A stretch of 63,713 nucleotides of DNA, counting the filler, from Octopus bimaculoides (taxonomy: Eukaryota), in NCBI RefSeq assembly GCF_001194135.2. It is 5 parts of 5 records of this genome, joined end to end, with 100 filler letters (N's around TTAATTAATTAA, not from the genome) between each part and the next. Parts side by side here need not be neighbours in the genome. Positions count along the whole stretch, not along the records: positions 33,594 to 43,883 come from NC_069004.1; positions 43,984 to 60,549 come from NC_068988.1; 3 more parts are not named here. One strand, written 5' to 3'. Position numbers and translations under genes: made by a program. This document shows positions 38,913 through 54,085 of the stretch, one piece after another (position 1 is the first letter of the stretch; each line of letters opens with the position of its first letter). Below the pieces are notes generated by a model, which was not told the origin of the DNA, searched no databases, and saw only the letters and a list, made by a program, of their open reading frames with translations.

Positions 38913-39616
38913 ATAATAATAATAATAATAATAATGATGTGTGTATACATAATGCTTATCTAAAGATGTTCATTTTGACATACTGAATGTATGTGTCTAT
39001 AAATGCCACACTCATTCATTTACTGTGATATTCAAAGGAAGCCCATCATAGTCGTGTAAGTTTGAAGGGTTTAATAATCTAGATTTTTCCTTTTTCTATT
39101 GTTTCCCCCCACCCCCCGCTGTTTGTTTTTCTTGTCCGTCTAATTTGTTGGTCAATCGTTTTTCTCACGTTACACTGTGATAATGATGGTGGTGATGATG
39201 ATGATGAAGAAAGAAGAGAAAGTGAGTGAGTGGCAGACGGAGAGCTGGGGGTGCCTCTTGTACTGTAACAGAATGAATATTATTTTCAAAGCTGCTTTAA
39301 TCTCCCATCGTTTCCTAAATCCTGTTTATCCATCACCATTCTTGTCTGTCTCTATGGTTGTCTGTTCAATGTGGATCACAGCTCATATCCCCCCCCCCCT
39401 AAAATTACTTCTTTGTGTTCCTGCAAGAAAATTCTTGGCTTTTGCTTTTACCATATGAAGCTTAACCGGGGCACAAGTTTGGCAATGGCCATGTGGTTCA
39501 GTTCAGTCTGCAAGTGCATCATGCTGGGTTCAATCGTACTGACTGTGTGGCACCTTGGACAAGTATCTTCTGCCACATCCGTATGTAATGGTGGTGTGTG
39601 TGTGTGTATGTATGCA

Positions 39617-39652
<36 letters not shown>

Positions 39653-39933
39653 GATGGTATCTTGATTGAAGAACCATACTAATTGATTTAGATCTGTCTA
39701 TCTCTAAGCCATAGGATGTTGCACAAGCACTCAGCTCACTGCTTCTCATAGCAGAAACAGCTGTAAGCTAATGACAGTGATTATGTAACACCTGTCCGTT
39801 TGACATCATTAACTGATATACATACACATTTATATATATACATAATCACATTTGTGTGTGCGTATGTGCAGTGTATGTTTATACATGTTATTCTTATGCA
39901 TGTCTCTGTCAATCATTCTGTATAATCCACGTC

Positions 39934-39985
<52 letters not shown>

Positions 39986-40154
39986 ATATATATGTATATG
40001 TATATATGTAATTCTCACATACCTGAATACCTATATAATATCTCGGTGTGAAGTTGGCTCAAGTGAATGACAAAAAGCGTGTCTGTGTTCGTATCTGCTG
40101 CCACCATCCAGTTTCCGTTATGGAGGCAGCTTCAACAGTCATCGTTGTTATTGT

Positions 40155-40192
<38 letters not shown>

Positions 40193-41650
40193 ATCTCACT
40201 ACTGCTGCTACTACGACTGCCGCACCAGCTTCATTCTGCTGCTGCAAACTTTTAACTTGTGCAGATTTTCGCATATTTGCTCTCTCTTTCTCCGTCGGCG
40301 CTTGCACTGATGGCGCCAGCTGCTGACAAATACTTTCGACTTCATAAGCTTTGAGTAAACTATTGGCAGCAGACCTGACCTAAATTCTTGACAGATTCTT
40401 CCACAAACTCTGTGGCAATTAACAAGTCTTTCCCCACCTCCCCCTCCCCCTCCTNNNNNNNNNNNNNNNNNNNNNNNNNNNNNNNNNNNNNNNNNNNNNN
40501 NNNNNNNNNNNNNNNNNNNTTCTTGTGCTGCATTTCTTCTTATTTGAATTTATTTTTCTCATGCAATTGATTGGCGAAACCAGTAGAGTGACAGCAGAAG
40601 AACAACAAAAAAAAAAATAAAAAGGGTTGGGTGAAACCTTTTTATCTTTCTGGGACATCGATCCCTGACCATTTCTCCTTCAAAATCTGGACCCCTTTGT
40701 CTCTAAGAATTTTCCAACTTTCCCTTTAGTTATATGAAAGGCTTTAATTGGTTGGCAGAATCAACAGAACAGCAACAGACCAATTCCATTCTTAATGTTC
40801 TGAGTTTAAATTCTTTCAAGGTTGGCTTTGCAATTTTGTTCTGGTGTCGACAAAACATGCACCAGCCAAGTACTACTACACAAACCCCACTCCTGCCACA
40901 CATCAACTCTGTTTCCATACCTTTTTTTTTTCTTGTTTAACCCCCAGATGACCCCCCAGTTGTGCAGGTGCTTTTGATTCTTGTTTTTTCTTTTTCTGTT
41001 TGAGGGAGACATGGTTGCTATTTTTATCAGGTCTCATGACCACATAGAGATTCTCCCATTTCGGTTCATCATATTTTCAAGGTGCTGATTTAACAAGAGT
41101 TCATAGTTCCAGGCTAATTACCACACAGTAATTAATTCTGTCTAATTAACCTCTCTTGCTTTCTCCCTTTTCCTTAACTCTCTCTCTCTTTCTACATACA
41201 TACTTAGTTTGTACATAAATACTTGCATACATACATACATACATNNNNNNNNNNATATATATTGTTGAAAACACTCCAGTTGTAACTCTGGCACTTTTGT
41301 GTTATACACAAAACCTGAAGGCCAGGGTTAGGGTTAGGGTAACTGCAGTTGCAGTGTTTTTAGATTAAAAATATACTTTAAATAACATAACTGAGTACAC
41401 TTTTGCTCTCATTTCTAACTCTAAACATGCTATATATATTATATATATATATTTATATACATACACACACACACAATGTATATACACTGTTGATAGGCCA
41501 GTGACTGCAGTATTTGTCCTAAGATAACATCTCTTCTGGACATAATGTGTTGCAAACAATATCTCCTGCAGTAACTTGCTTATCAGCAATAAATATACAT
41601 CACGTATGATACACAGACAGCATGTTTATATTTAAAGCGTTGCTTCCAGT

Positions 41651-41690
<40 letters not shown>

Positions 41691-42489
41691 NNNNNNNNNN
41701 NNNNNNNNNNNNNNNNNNNNNNNNNNNNNNNNNNNNNNNNNNNNNNNNNNNNNNNNNNNNNNNNNNNNNNNNNNNNNNNNNNNNNNNNNNNNNNNNNNNN
41801 NNNNNNNNNNNNNNNNNNNNNNNNNNNNNNNNNNNNNNNNNNNNNNNNNNNNNNNNNNNNNNNNNNNNNNNNNNNNNNNNNNNNNNNNNNNNNNNNNNNN
41901 NNNNNNNNNNNNNNNNNNNNNNNNNNNNNNNNNNNNNNNNNNNNNNNNNNNNNNNNNNNNNNNNNNNNNNNNNNNNNNNNNNNNNNNNNNNNNNNNNNNN
42001 NNNNNNNNNNNNNNNNNNNNNNNNNNNNNNNNNNNNNNNNNNNNNNNNNNNNNNNNNNNNNNNNNNNNNNNNNNNNNNNNNNNNNNNNNNNNNNNNNNNN
42101 NNNNNNNNNNNNNNNNNNNNNNNNNNNNNNNNNNNNNNNNNNNNNNNNNNNNNNNNNNNNNNNNNNNNNNNNNNNNNNNNNNNNNNNNNNNNNNNNNNNN
42201 NNNNNNNNNNNNNNNNNNNNNNNNNNNNNNNNNNNNNNNNNNNNNNNNNNNNNNNNNNNNNNNNNNNNNNNNNNNNNNNNNNNNNNNNNNNNNNNNNNNN
42301 NNNNNNNNNNNNNNNNNNNNTGAACCTGTAACATGAACTTGGCTTGCCTGGAGCTTACTTCCTCTCTGTGGTGCTTACATGAATGAACGTGTAATGTTGG
42401 GGGGAATCTAACACAGACAGTGCAAAAGTAAATAGACACTATCATTTTTGGAAGATTTATTTCTCTTATTTTTTTTTAATATTTGGATA

Positions 42490-42830
42490 TTTATTGCTCA
42501 AAGAAGAGGTTTCTTTCTAATTGCTCTGCCAAAGTAGCCAAGTTGATGGAGGTACTTTACAGAAATACACTGACTCATTCGGTGTTGCTCTGCAGTCTCA
42601 GCTGCCTTACAACAGGGGATTATTTTCAACAATCTCTTCGACAGCCCAAAGACACCTGTCGAAAGACCCAGGTCTATCATGGCCAGATGCTGTTGATTCC
42701 CTCCCTTTCCAGGTGAATTGAACAATCACTCTGTGGGGCTGTGGCAAGAGGAATCCCTAGGTTTTTGTACAATTTTATGCTCGTCAATTCCAATGATGGG
42801 TTGACCTGCAAATATGCCTTCTTTAAAAAT
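42490..42830 (-). mobile_element. Possible Tc1-family transposase N-terminal remnant
   Basis: KRLLKII..VKYLHQLGYFGRAIRKKPLL resembles the Tc1 second HTH and GRxARKKPLL linker; in-frame stop upstream. Confidence 0.45.
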
Positions 42831-44239
42831 CAAATCACTCTTTGCACCATGGCTAATTGCAATAAACAATTAATATACTGAAATCTGGAATGAAAAATCA
42901 TACATCAACAAATTCAAAGCACCGGGGAAGTATCTACACAGGTAGAATGCTATAATGAAGGGAGTCTGTTATACTTGTGGTATTTGTGTATGTGTGTAGA
43001 GACAGAGAGAGAGAGAAAGTTGATGTACATCATAAAAAAAAACGATGCTTTTCAAAGGGTTTTTCTTTTTCAAATCTGTTTTGTTATTTCTGAAACCTAA
43101 TTTCCTGTTCTTGGATTTTAGAGAATTAAATGCTGAATTCCGTAGCTGACCAAAGTTCTGGTCTTCTCACACAAATGGTATTGATTGTATTTATTTATAA
43201 AATTCTACATTGTGTGTGCCTGTTTTTTATCACCCAGGAGATCACTTGATACCTACTTGTTTTAAATCCTCTCCCAACATGTCCCACCAGTCATGCCTCA
43301 TGAAGAAAATTATGTTTAATATTCTGAAGGCAGTTTATGACCTCGTTGCCTAGACAACACCACCAACAAAGAAGTGAAAAAGGGAAAATAAGTGAATCTT
43401 TTGAAAGTCGTACAGAGATTGTAAGAAGAGTAATACCGACCCAGTTGAATTGCTTTCTACGGTATCTTGATTAGGTGCTTTAATCCATGTTCTCGGTTCA
43501 AATCCTGCTGAGGTTCACTTTTGCTTTCATCCTCTTTTGGAAGAGTTTCATAATACAAGTACCAGTAATACACTTGTGTTCTGTAAGACAACTTGATCTT
43601 GTGCCTAGCTATATTGAAGCTATTCTCAATATTCCAATATTGACTCAGATTATGTTAACAAAGCTGAGGTGTGTATGTATATACATATATGTATGTGTGT
43701 GTGTGCGTGTGTATATATATGTGCTCATATTTATATAAGTGGGTGCTGTAAATATTGCCAATATGTATCTGAGTAAGTATGTGTGTGTGTATATATATAT
43801 ATATATGATGATGATGATGATGATATATATATATATAAATGTGTGTACATATGTCTATATGCATATATAAATCTGTGTGTATGNNNNNNNNNNNNNNNNN
43901 NNNNNNNNNNNNNNNNNNNNNNNNNNNTTAATTAATTAANNNNNNNNNNNNNNNNNNNNNNNNNNNNNNNNNNNNNNNNNNNNAATTCCATTATGCAGCT
44001 GAGGAGTACATTTTCATTGTATTTTCTGTGGTGTTCTCACTACATGAATAAATGGAGCTTGTACGAAACGTACGTACTGCTATAACCTATTGAATTTTTG
44101 TTGCTTAACTTCAAATTTTATTCACCAAATCTCTTGATTTTGTTTTTGATTTTTATCCTACCAAATTCTGGTGCCTCAAACATTTTAAGTAACACATTTA
44201 ATCTTTTGATTAAATCTACATTATATATATATATATATA

Positions 44240-44913
44240 CACAAGGGGTAGTCAAAGTTATCTGCACTTTCACCATAACATACCTTTATTATTGTTACAC
44301 TACCTTCTGCATATGCGTGCTTACATCTGGTAGTATTGTGGTCATGGAATCAAAGTTTGAGCTTGATTGTACCATTTTACTTTCTGGCTTTACAGTGTAA
44401 GCATGGCCACTCCACTAGCAAAGTGCACTGAAGAAGAAGAACAAAGAGCAGTGATCCGATTTCTGTGGTTGGAAGGTGTGTCAAGTGCTGAAATTCATCG
44501 GAAGCTTTTAGCACAATACGAGGACAGTGCACTACCATGTAGAAGTGTGTATGAGTGGATCGAGAAGTTTAAAAGTGGCCAGACAAGCATGTTGCATGAA
44601 AAGGGAGTAGGGCGCCCATCAACCTCCACCACTGATGAGAAGATTCAGCAAGCTTGAGAGATGGTAATGGTGAACTGGTTCACCATTATCATGTCTCAGA
44701 TCACTGCTCTTTGTTCTTCTTTGGTGCACATTGCTAGTGGAGTGACCATGCTTACACTGTAAAGTCAGAAGAAAAATAGTGTGATCAGGCTAAAACATCG
44801 ATCATGTGACCACAATAGTACCAACTATAAACACACATGTGCAGAAGGCAGTGTGACAATAATAAAGATATGTTATGGCGAAAGTGTGGATAATTTTTGA
44901 ATTCCCCTCACAC
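44240..44913. mobile_element. Mariner-derived foldback element (two 5' ends in inverted orientation)
   Basis: From ATG 44403: MATPLAKCTEEEEQRAVIRFLWLEGVSSAEIHRKL..VYEWIEKFKSG..GRPSTS (mariner paired-like HTH). About 44700-44913 is a diverged reverse complement of 44240-44470. Confidence 0.8.
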
Positions 44914-45355
44914 AAGGAGAGGACTCCCTTCAGACATGAATGAACACGGGATTACACATTTTATGATACATTTTATATATATATGTACACATACACACAT
45001 AATTGCATAATAAATACATATACTGAAACCCCCTTTGGTCATGAATGACCACGGGATTACATCTAGAAAGTTACCCTCTGAGGCACAAGTCCAGGCAAGG
45101 TTGTTTATAGAAAATCAGCAGTCACCCCTGCAGACCAGCCTCTCCTCTCCAAGCCACTGATGTTATCTAAGAGAAAGGCAAAGGCTGATACAGCTTGGCA
45201 CCAGCTGTGTCACATCCCATTTCTACAGCTGAGTGAACTGGAGCAACGTGAAATAAAATGTCTTGCTCAAAAACTCAATACACAGCTTGGTCCAGGAATT
45301 GAACTCACTACCTCATGATTGTGAGTCTAATGCTCTAACCACTGAGTCATGTGCC

Positions 45356-45407
<52 letters not shown>

Positions 45408-47889
45408 ATCCTCTCTATGGGGTGATTGGTGTTAGGAAGTGCATCCAGCCGTAAAAACCATGCCAAAACAGACACAGTAGCTTGGTGCAGTCTTCTGCCT
45501 GGCCAACTCCTCCAAACCGTCCAACCCAAATAAACACCCGCATTATATATTTGTTCTTCACTTGTTTATTGTTGGTATTTTATCTTATGTTCATTGCCTG
45601 GAAGTCTTTTGTCACACATCTGTGATTTCTTCAGCAACTGTTCCATCCACATGTATCCTCCTGTTCTGTTTAGTCCATTCTATGTTTCTATGATGTGTAT
45701 CTTTATCTGTGCATGTGTTTGTGTCTGTATCTGTGTATGTGTGTGTACACATGTCTATGTGTTTTGTATGTGTGTTTGTGAGTGTGTATGTGTGTTTGTG
45801 AGTTTTGTATGTGTGTTTGTGAGTGTGTTTGCCCTTCATATCGTCTTTTTTCCATTTGTTTACTTGTCTGTCTTTCCATTTATTTACTTATTTCATCATA
45901 AGCATATGCGTGTTTGTTTTTTGTGTATTATGCTGTTTGTATCTGTGTCTTTTTTTCCCTTCTCTCTTTAGTTGTTGTTTTGTTTGGTGGTGGTGGTGGT
46001 GGTGGAGTGTTATTGTTCCATTCATGTTTTCTGTTGAGGCTCAGTCTGTCTATTACTAAGTGTGTGACCTTTGTAATCTAAGTGTCATGTATGTGATAAA
46101 ACCTTAACCTCTATGTTATTAACCAGATCTCTATGTTCTATTTGAGCATGTTGGTAGAGCACTGACAAACTTTTCTCCTCTTTGAGCTCCTGCCAATGTT
46201 TGCCTATTCATTCCCCTATGCTAGATGCCATCTCTCCAATGTAAGTTGTTGTCTTGTTTCTGCACCATCCATCAGTACACCATAAGTTATAGACTACATT
46301 CTTAGTCTATAGCTTACTTTAAAAATTTTCCATACTGAAAAATCCATACCACCTCACATCACTCTTAGTCCATGAATTTATGGTCTTCTCCAAGACCTCT
46401 AAACAAGTTGTACTGTTTGTAATGCCCTTGATCTGGTTGTTAGGATTGACCCTTTTCTAGACATGCAACTCCAACCCATTACATTGCCAACATCCTGTTT
46501 AACCCTCTTGTTACAATATTTCTGCTGAAATATACTGTCTTTCTTCCAATTACTTTTGAAAATAATAATTTAATCAAATAATGTTGTCATTATTGAACAG
46601 CTATTTGAAACATAAATTAGCATGAAATTTTGATGGGAGGTTTTGATTGCCTCACTTTAACCAGGAACTTTATATCATAAAACCAAGGGCATTTTTAGGT
46701 CAGTTGGTATCAAAATGGTTAAACTCAGATTAATGCACCCTGGGTGAAATTCTTCTCCTGTATGACATTGGACATGCATATGGTTATCAGAGCCAAACAA
46801 ATTCTGACTCCTCTACAAACATGATTTCTGACCAGACATATGACATCCAGTTCACATGCTCCTCATGAAATTAAGTGCAGGTATGTCAGTTTCTCAGAGA
46901 AATGTACATTATTTTACATGTGTGCTATGGTGTCCTAAAACGTGACTTAAAAGACTACTTCAGGCAATATTATTAAGTCAGACATAGCTTAGGCCTATAA
47001 TCACCAAAGCCTAAGTTGTCAAATAGATATTGTTTGTGGTGTTACCAACAACCTGCATCATGTAGTATTTCTGTCAAACATCAGTCAAAATGTTAATAGT
47101 GGTCATTTTCCTGCTCTTATTTATGAATGAAGTTTTTTCATGGCTACCCTGACTGAAGGAGGTCAAATAACCCCCAGTTTCACTAAAGATGTCTACAACA
47201 TGGTCATGGTATTTACAGAATGTCCATCTTAAAAGAGTTATTAGTATACTAACCAAGAATAGTCAAATAACCACCAGTTTCATTGAAGATATCTGCAACA
47301 TGGTCAGTGGTATATACTGAGAGTCCAACTTATTGTAGCTATGACTTGAAAAGTTAATTCTAACTTATACAGCTAGATAATCCATGGTTATATCCCTAAT
47401 GAAAAACTTTCTTGTTTACCCAACACATCATATCTTCAGCAGATATAATGAACTAGCTATTACAATGGGTCTTACTCAAAGTACAACACTGAATTTTAAT
47501 TTTAAAATACCTTTTTCTAAAATATTCTTATATTAAATGACATTCACTTGTTTGGCTTTCTTAATACTGTCATTAATAACATTGCTGTAATTAACATTTT
47601 TGTTTCAACCATGTCATTTTAAATAGTAAAATGCTACCTTGTAATGATATATAGTTTGCATAGTAATTAAACATACAGAAATAATAAAACAGCAGTTTAG
47701 TCTTCATTTTAATATCTAAGTGATGCTGCAGTACATGTGCATATTTATATTCAAGCATATATGTGTGTTGCACAACTAATAGTTTCCCATACATGTGTAC
47801 ATTCATCAGGTGTCAAGCGCATTATACTCCCAAACCTTTAGTTTAAATAGAGGAACAGTCTAAAACTGGCATTATTAAAACTAAAGTTT

Positions 47890-48750
47890 TGAGAGTATAG
47901 AGCAGCTTTCGATTCCCAGACCGGGCGTTGTGAGTGTTTATTGAGCGAAAACACCTAAAGCTCCACGAGGCTCCAGCAGGGGATGGTGGTGAACCCTGCT
48001 GTACTCTTTCACCACAACTTTCTCTCACTCTTACTTCCTGTTTCTGTTGTGCCTGTAATTCAAAGGGCCAGCCTTGTCACACTCTGTCATGCTGAATCTC
48101 CCCGAGAACTACGTTAAGGGTACACATGTCTGTGGAGTGCTCAGCCACTTGCACGTTAATTTCACGAGCAGGCTGTTCCATTGATCAGATCAACTGGAAC
48201 CCTCGACGTCGTAAGCGATGGAGTCCCAACAACAACAACAGGAAACTATTAGTATTGCGGTAAGTATGTGTAGTTGAAACTTTTAGTAATATTGAACTCT
48301 CATTGGATGGAGTACTCTCCATATTGACTTTTATACAGTTAATTTCTCATATATATAAAGGTAATATTTATCTCCCACTTAATGTGGATATGGTATTAAA
48401 ATGCAGGATACTGCGCTATTTACCATGAGAGGACCTCTCAATTACTGGTTAGGGTAATTGACTGACAATTGTAAGGTCATAAGTTTGATTCCTAGCAGCA
48501 CATTGTGTCCTTGAGCAAGACACTTTATTTCACATTGCTTCAACCCACCCAGCTGGCAAAAATGAGTAATATCTGTATTTCAAAGGGACAGCATTGACAC
48601 AGTATGTGTCATGCTGAATCTGCCTGAGAACTACATTAAGGGTACACATGTCTGTGTAGCGCTCAGCCACTTGCATATAAATTTCATGAGCAGACTGTTT
48701 TGTTGATTGAATCAACTGAAACCCTCATCCTCGTAACCAACAGAGTGCCA
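47890..48750 (+). repeat. Two copies of a second tRNA-headed SINE (47890-48240, 48470-48750)
   Basis: ttcgattccc B-box-like head; body matches 60650-60930. Confidence 0.8.
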
Positions 48751-49193
48751 GTTATGTGTGTGTGTATGTGTGATTGTGTGTGCGTATGTTCACACACACA
48801 TACATGCATACACACATACATACATGCATACATACATACATATATACATACATACATACATACATACATACATACGTANNNNNNNNNNNNNNNNNNNNNN
48901 NNNNNNNNNNNNNNNNNNNNNNNNNNNNNNNNNNNNNNNNNNNNNNNNNNNNNNNNNNNNNNNNNNNNNNNNNNNNNNNNNNNNNNNNNNNNNNNNNNNN
49001 NNNNNNNNNNNNNNNNNNNNNNNNNNNNNNNNNNNNNNNNNNNNNNNNNNNNNNNNNNNNNNNNNNNNNNNNNNNNNNNNNNNNNNNNNNNNNNNNNNNN
49101 NNNNNNNNNNNNNNNNNNNNNNNNNNNNNNNNNNNNNNNNNNNNNNNNNNNNNNNNNNNNNNNNNNNNNNNNNNNNNNNNNNNNNNNNNNNNN

Positions 49194-49270
<77 letters not shown>

Positions 49271-49592
49271 TATATACACGTATATTAATTTAAAGGATTC
49301 TAAAAAAGTATTTCATAAAAATTGATCAGCCTTTAATCTAATCACATAAATAAAGGAAAAGAAGATGAAATGAAGATGAGAAAGAAAAAGGAAAGACAAA
49401 CTAACTGAAAGACATTAAAAAAAATGATATAAGATGAATCTACCATTAAAAAAAGAAAACTATAGATTTTTCAACAGTTCATATTGTTTTCAGCAGGTTG
49501 ATGCCTCAGTAATATTTCATCAATAACTGTTGTAACAATGAGAGATAAACCAAAGGCAACAGAGAAGAGAGAAAGGGAGAGAGAGAGAGAGA

Positions 49593-49643
<51 letters not shown>

Positions 49644-50082
49644 GACTATGAGCTTTGAAGTTAGTCAAGAAACGAAGAGTCAGTGATAAACAGATAGAAA
49701 TATCATGTTTAGACATATCTGCACATCTTTGGTGAGACAGGAAGACCTTTGTTTCTTACAAACACCAATAATTCATCTGTTTGTTTAAGGTTCACACACA
49801 CACACACATGTATACATACACACATACACAATCACACGGTTATATGAGCACAGAGAAATATATGTCTGTGCATGCGTATGTGCTTGTGCGCATGTGTGTG
49901 TCAATGCATAACAGATCTCATGTATACACAAACATAAACATAGGTGTGCACACAGAAACACACATACACACACATTCACTCATAATGTAAATAAATTTGA
50001 AGGTAAGTAGATGAAAGCGTTCACCAATGTGCATAAACAATTATATGTGTGTATATATATATATTATATATATGTGTATGTA

Positions 50083-50141
<59 letters not shown>

Positions 50142-50458
50142 NNNNNNNNNNNNNNNNNNNNNNNNNNNNNNNNNNNNNNNNNNNNNNNNNNNNNNNNNNN
50201 NNNNNNNNNNNNNNNNNNNNNNNNNNNNNNNNNNNNNNNNNNNNNNNNNNNNNNNNNNNNNNNNNNNNNNNNNNNNNNNNNNNNNNNNNNNNNNNNNNNN
50301 NNNNNNNNNNNNNNNNNNNNNNNNNNNNNNNNNNNNNNNNNNNNNNNNNNNNNNNNNNNNNNNNNNNNNNNNNNNNNNNNNNNNNNNNNNNNNNNNNNNN
50401 NNNNNNNNNNNNNNNNNNNNNNNNNNNNNNNNNNNNNNNNNNNNNNNNNNNNNNNNNN

Positions 50459-50527
<69 letters not shown>

Positions 50528-51479
50528 TTTTATGTATATGCATATATTTGTAAGTATGTATATGTATGTATAAGTATATATGTATGCATGATGAGCAAGA
50601 TTATCTGGATATGTTGTGTGTAGAAAACATGTGCCTAGGCTTTTGCTCTTAGTTACACTAAATTCTCAACATCATCATTTAATATCCAGCTTCCATGATG
50701 CCATGAGCTGGATGGTTTGCTGGGGTGTGACGAGTTGGAGGACAACATCATACTTTGATGTCTTCTTCCAATGTCTTCTTTGTTATGGGCTCTACTGCTG
50801 GATGTTCTTCCAAATACCAACTGCTTTACGGTGTGAAGTCTATGCATTTTTCATGACATCAGCACTGATGGAGATCGCCTTGTAACTAGCAAATGTAAGG
50901 ACCTAAAGTGGTCCCTATAAACTGATGGAGAACAGAAGAGAGTGAGTGATGATCCTCAGCAGAGGGATGAGGGATGTTAGGTAAAAGGAGAGTATGGCAG
51001 GGAATAGGAGAGAGGGAAGGGATTATCAACAGGGGTCACTAAAAAAATAGGATAGAGTTGAAAGATGATAGGTTTATATAAAGGAGTAGGTTCTAGGATT
51101 ATCCAACATTAGAAGGGACAATTATGGATAGGTGTGAGACATGAAAAGAGCAACAGAATGGAGTAAAGAGAAACTCAAAGTGACTTGTTGAAGGAAAGTG
51201 AAGTATAGGGTGTCATGGGGTATGTCAAAGAAGAAGACAAAATGGGGTGTTGAGGAGGGAGAGAAACTGTGGAGGGGGGTGAGAAAGAGGATACAAAGGG
51301 AGAAGAGCAGGAAAGGGATGGTGGAGTTTGCTATAGAGGTAGAAAGAAGAGGAAGGTCAGTAGGTATAGACTCTATATACTGTACCAATATAAGGACACA
51401 CAAAAAGTGTAGTGGAATCACCAGTAGACTAACAAAGAAAATAATCAGAGAGAGTATATGTCAGATGCACTGGAGCAGT

Positions 51480-52100
51480 TTTTAGGATGAAGAAACTGGA
51501 AATAAACTCTGCTAAATGTCCGGAAGGCTCACAAGAAATAACTGGTGGTGTTTGTTGCCTAGGAGAAATAATTAGCAGAGGAGGTTGTTACTCCAAAAGC
51601 ATAATGGCCAAGTTAAGAACAAGTTGGGAAAAGTTCAGTGAGTTCCTACTACTGTTAGCAGTAAAGGTATCTCTCCTCAGCATTTAGGCAGATTTTATGA
51701 TGCTGGTGTTAGTGAAAATGGGACTTAAATACAGAGTACTTGAGAAGACTGGAAAGAAATGAAGCTGGTATGCTCTGCTGAGTGTGCAATGTAAGTGTGC
51801 ATGAACAACAAAGTACAATTGTGTTGAGAGAAAAACTGGGTGCAAAAGTAATCGGATATAGTGTGCAAGAAATAAGACTGGACTTGTATGGACATGTGAT
51901 GCAAATAGATGAGAACAGCTGTATAAAGAAGTACCAGTCATCTTATATGGATGGAGCTTGCAAAAGAGGGAGATTCAGTAAGACATGAGATGAAGTGGTG
52001 AAGGCTGACATCAGAACCTTGAACCTCATGGAGGACATAAGAAAGGTCTGGGATCACTGGCAATATGAGTTCTTGAGAAGACCTGCCTACTCAGCAAAAC
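51480..52100 (+). mobile_element. RTE-clade LINE 3' remnant
   Basis: MAKLRTSWEKFSEFLLLL..MCNVSVHEQQSTIVLREKLG..RLDLYGHVMQIDENSCIKK is an RTE post-RT C-terminus. Confidence 0.75.
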
Positions 52101-52123
52101 TAAGTTCTGGAGATATTATCCGG

Positions 52124-52207
<84 letters not shown>

Positions 52208-53120
52208 ATGTTTGCACAACTGGGACTTTTGGCCAAATTCCTTCTCAAAACACCCCCACTATCTTTAATCTCTCTCACTCCAATTTTCCTTTAACATTAA
52301 TCTTTCTCACTACCCAGAACCATTTCACTTGATATCCATTCTTCATCTTTTATACTGTCCTCATCACCCAGATTTTACTTTCTTATGCCATCACAAGCCA
52401 CCATATTATCTCAACTCCTCTACTACCATATGTTTCTTACTGGTCCCCATGAAAACACATTTTTCAGTGATGATGAATTTCCCTCACTTGCTACTGATGA
52501 AGCCCAAAGAGGAAGAACTGCATATGTAGCAATGCCACCACTGCTGCTGAGTGATTTTCATTTGTTACAAATAGATTTTTGTGTTCTTCAATGCTGTACA
52601 TCTAAAAGAGTGATTATCCCAGGACAAATACCACTCTAAACTAAGCTTTCCATGATGTATCTGCATTAAGTATGATATACATATTCCTATTTTAAACTAA
52701 TATACTTCTGTTACAATTACAACATTAGTAATGTTGTAATTTTCAGTCAATATTTTCTTATACCAATGACAATGGATTTGCAAGCAGTTGTAACTAGGTG
52801 CTTGCTACTGACAAAGCCAAAAGATGCAGAAATGCACATCTAGCATTACCAGTACCACTGCTGGACCATTTTCTTTTGCTACTGATATATTCTTGTGTTA
52901 TTTAACACAGTACATCTATAAGATATATCTCAGGATGATACTGCAGTTAATTAGGCTTTCCATAATGTGTCTGCATTAAGTATAATACATGAATGCATGT
53001 GTATGTTTGTGTGAGAGAGAGAGAGTGTGTGTATGTTTGCATGTATGTGAGTGTGTATAGATGACAAACAGACAAGCAGACAGATAGACAGACAGACAGA
53101 CAGACAGATAGACAGGTGGG

Positions 53121-53201
<81 letters not shown>

Positions 53202-54026
53202 GGGTTTCCTTCAGTTTCCATTAATCAAATCAACTCACAAGGCTTTCATCAGCACAGGTCTGTAGTAGAAAACACTTGCCTAAAGTGCAACACAGTGGGA
53301 CTGAAGTCATGACCACATGACTGAGCAGCTAGCATCTTAAACACCCAGCCAGGCCTATGATTAAAGCCACAGGCCCTTCATTTACTGAATCTTGCTGGAA
53401 GAAAGCCAAAGTTGGCACTGGTAGGATTTGAACTCAAAAAATAAGAAAGTTTTACAAAATATGAAAAAATGTCTAATCCATTGCTCTATTGATTGGCAAC
53501 CCATTTCTCTGACCTGTCTTAGTAAACTATAAGAAAATAACAAAGATCTTTACCATTAAACCATATTACATAATATGAATTCATAAATAACATTCCAAGG
53601 ATGGCAAATAATCACAAACATGCAGATGGCATTTAAATCAGGAATAACCTCCTGAGAATGTCTGTAAACAGGAATAAATGGAACCAAACTCATATCTCTT
53701 GTTTACCATCAGAGATAATTGTTAGTCATTAGACCAATTTTCCTATTAGGCATTTGCAATTTCTCAGTACCTGCACACACACACACACACACACATACAC
53801 ACACACACACACACATACACACACACACATACACACACACAAACATGCATAAACTCCAACAAATGTATATATTATATATACATGTAGATACTTAGATAAA
53901 TAAATACATGCATGTATGAATGTTACATATATTACATGTGAAAGATAACTAATGGAATGCTCCTGTCACAACCTTTGTAAAATGTAAGCACAACAGACCA
54001 ACATAATGTTACTGATAAGTGAGGAC

Positions 54027-54085
<59 letters not shown>

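Noticed and set aside
40040-40400. GC-richer segment with ORFs on both strands
   Set aside because: Reading frames depend on the (ACT)n repeat, with no domain similarity or convincing splice pair.
41324-41340. (TTAGGG)-like run
   Set aside because: Under three units; expected by chance.
52300-52640. Protein-like ORF PHENTFFSDDEFPSLATDE
   Set aside because: Overlaps a diverged local duplication and lacks consistent splice signals.
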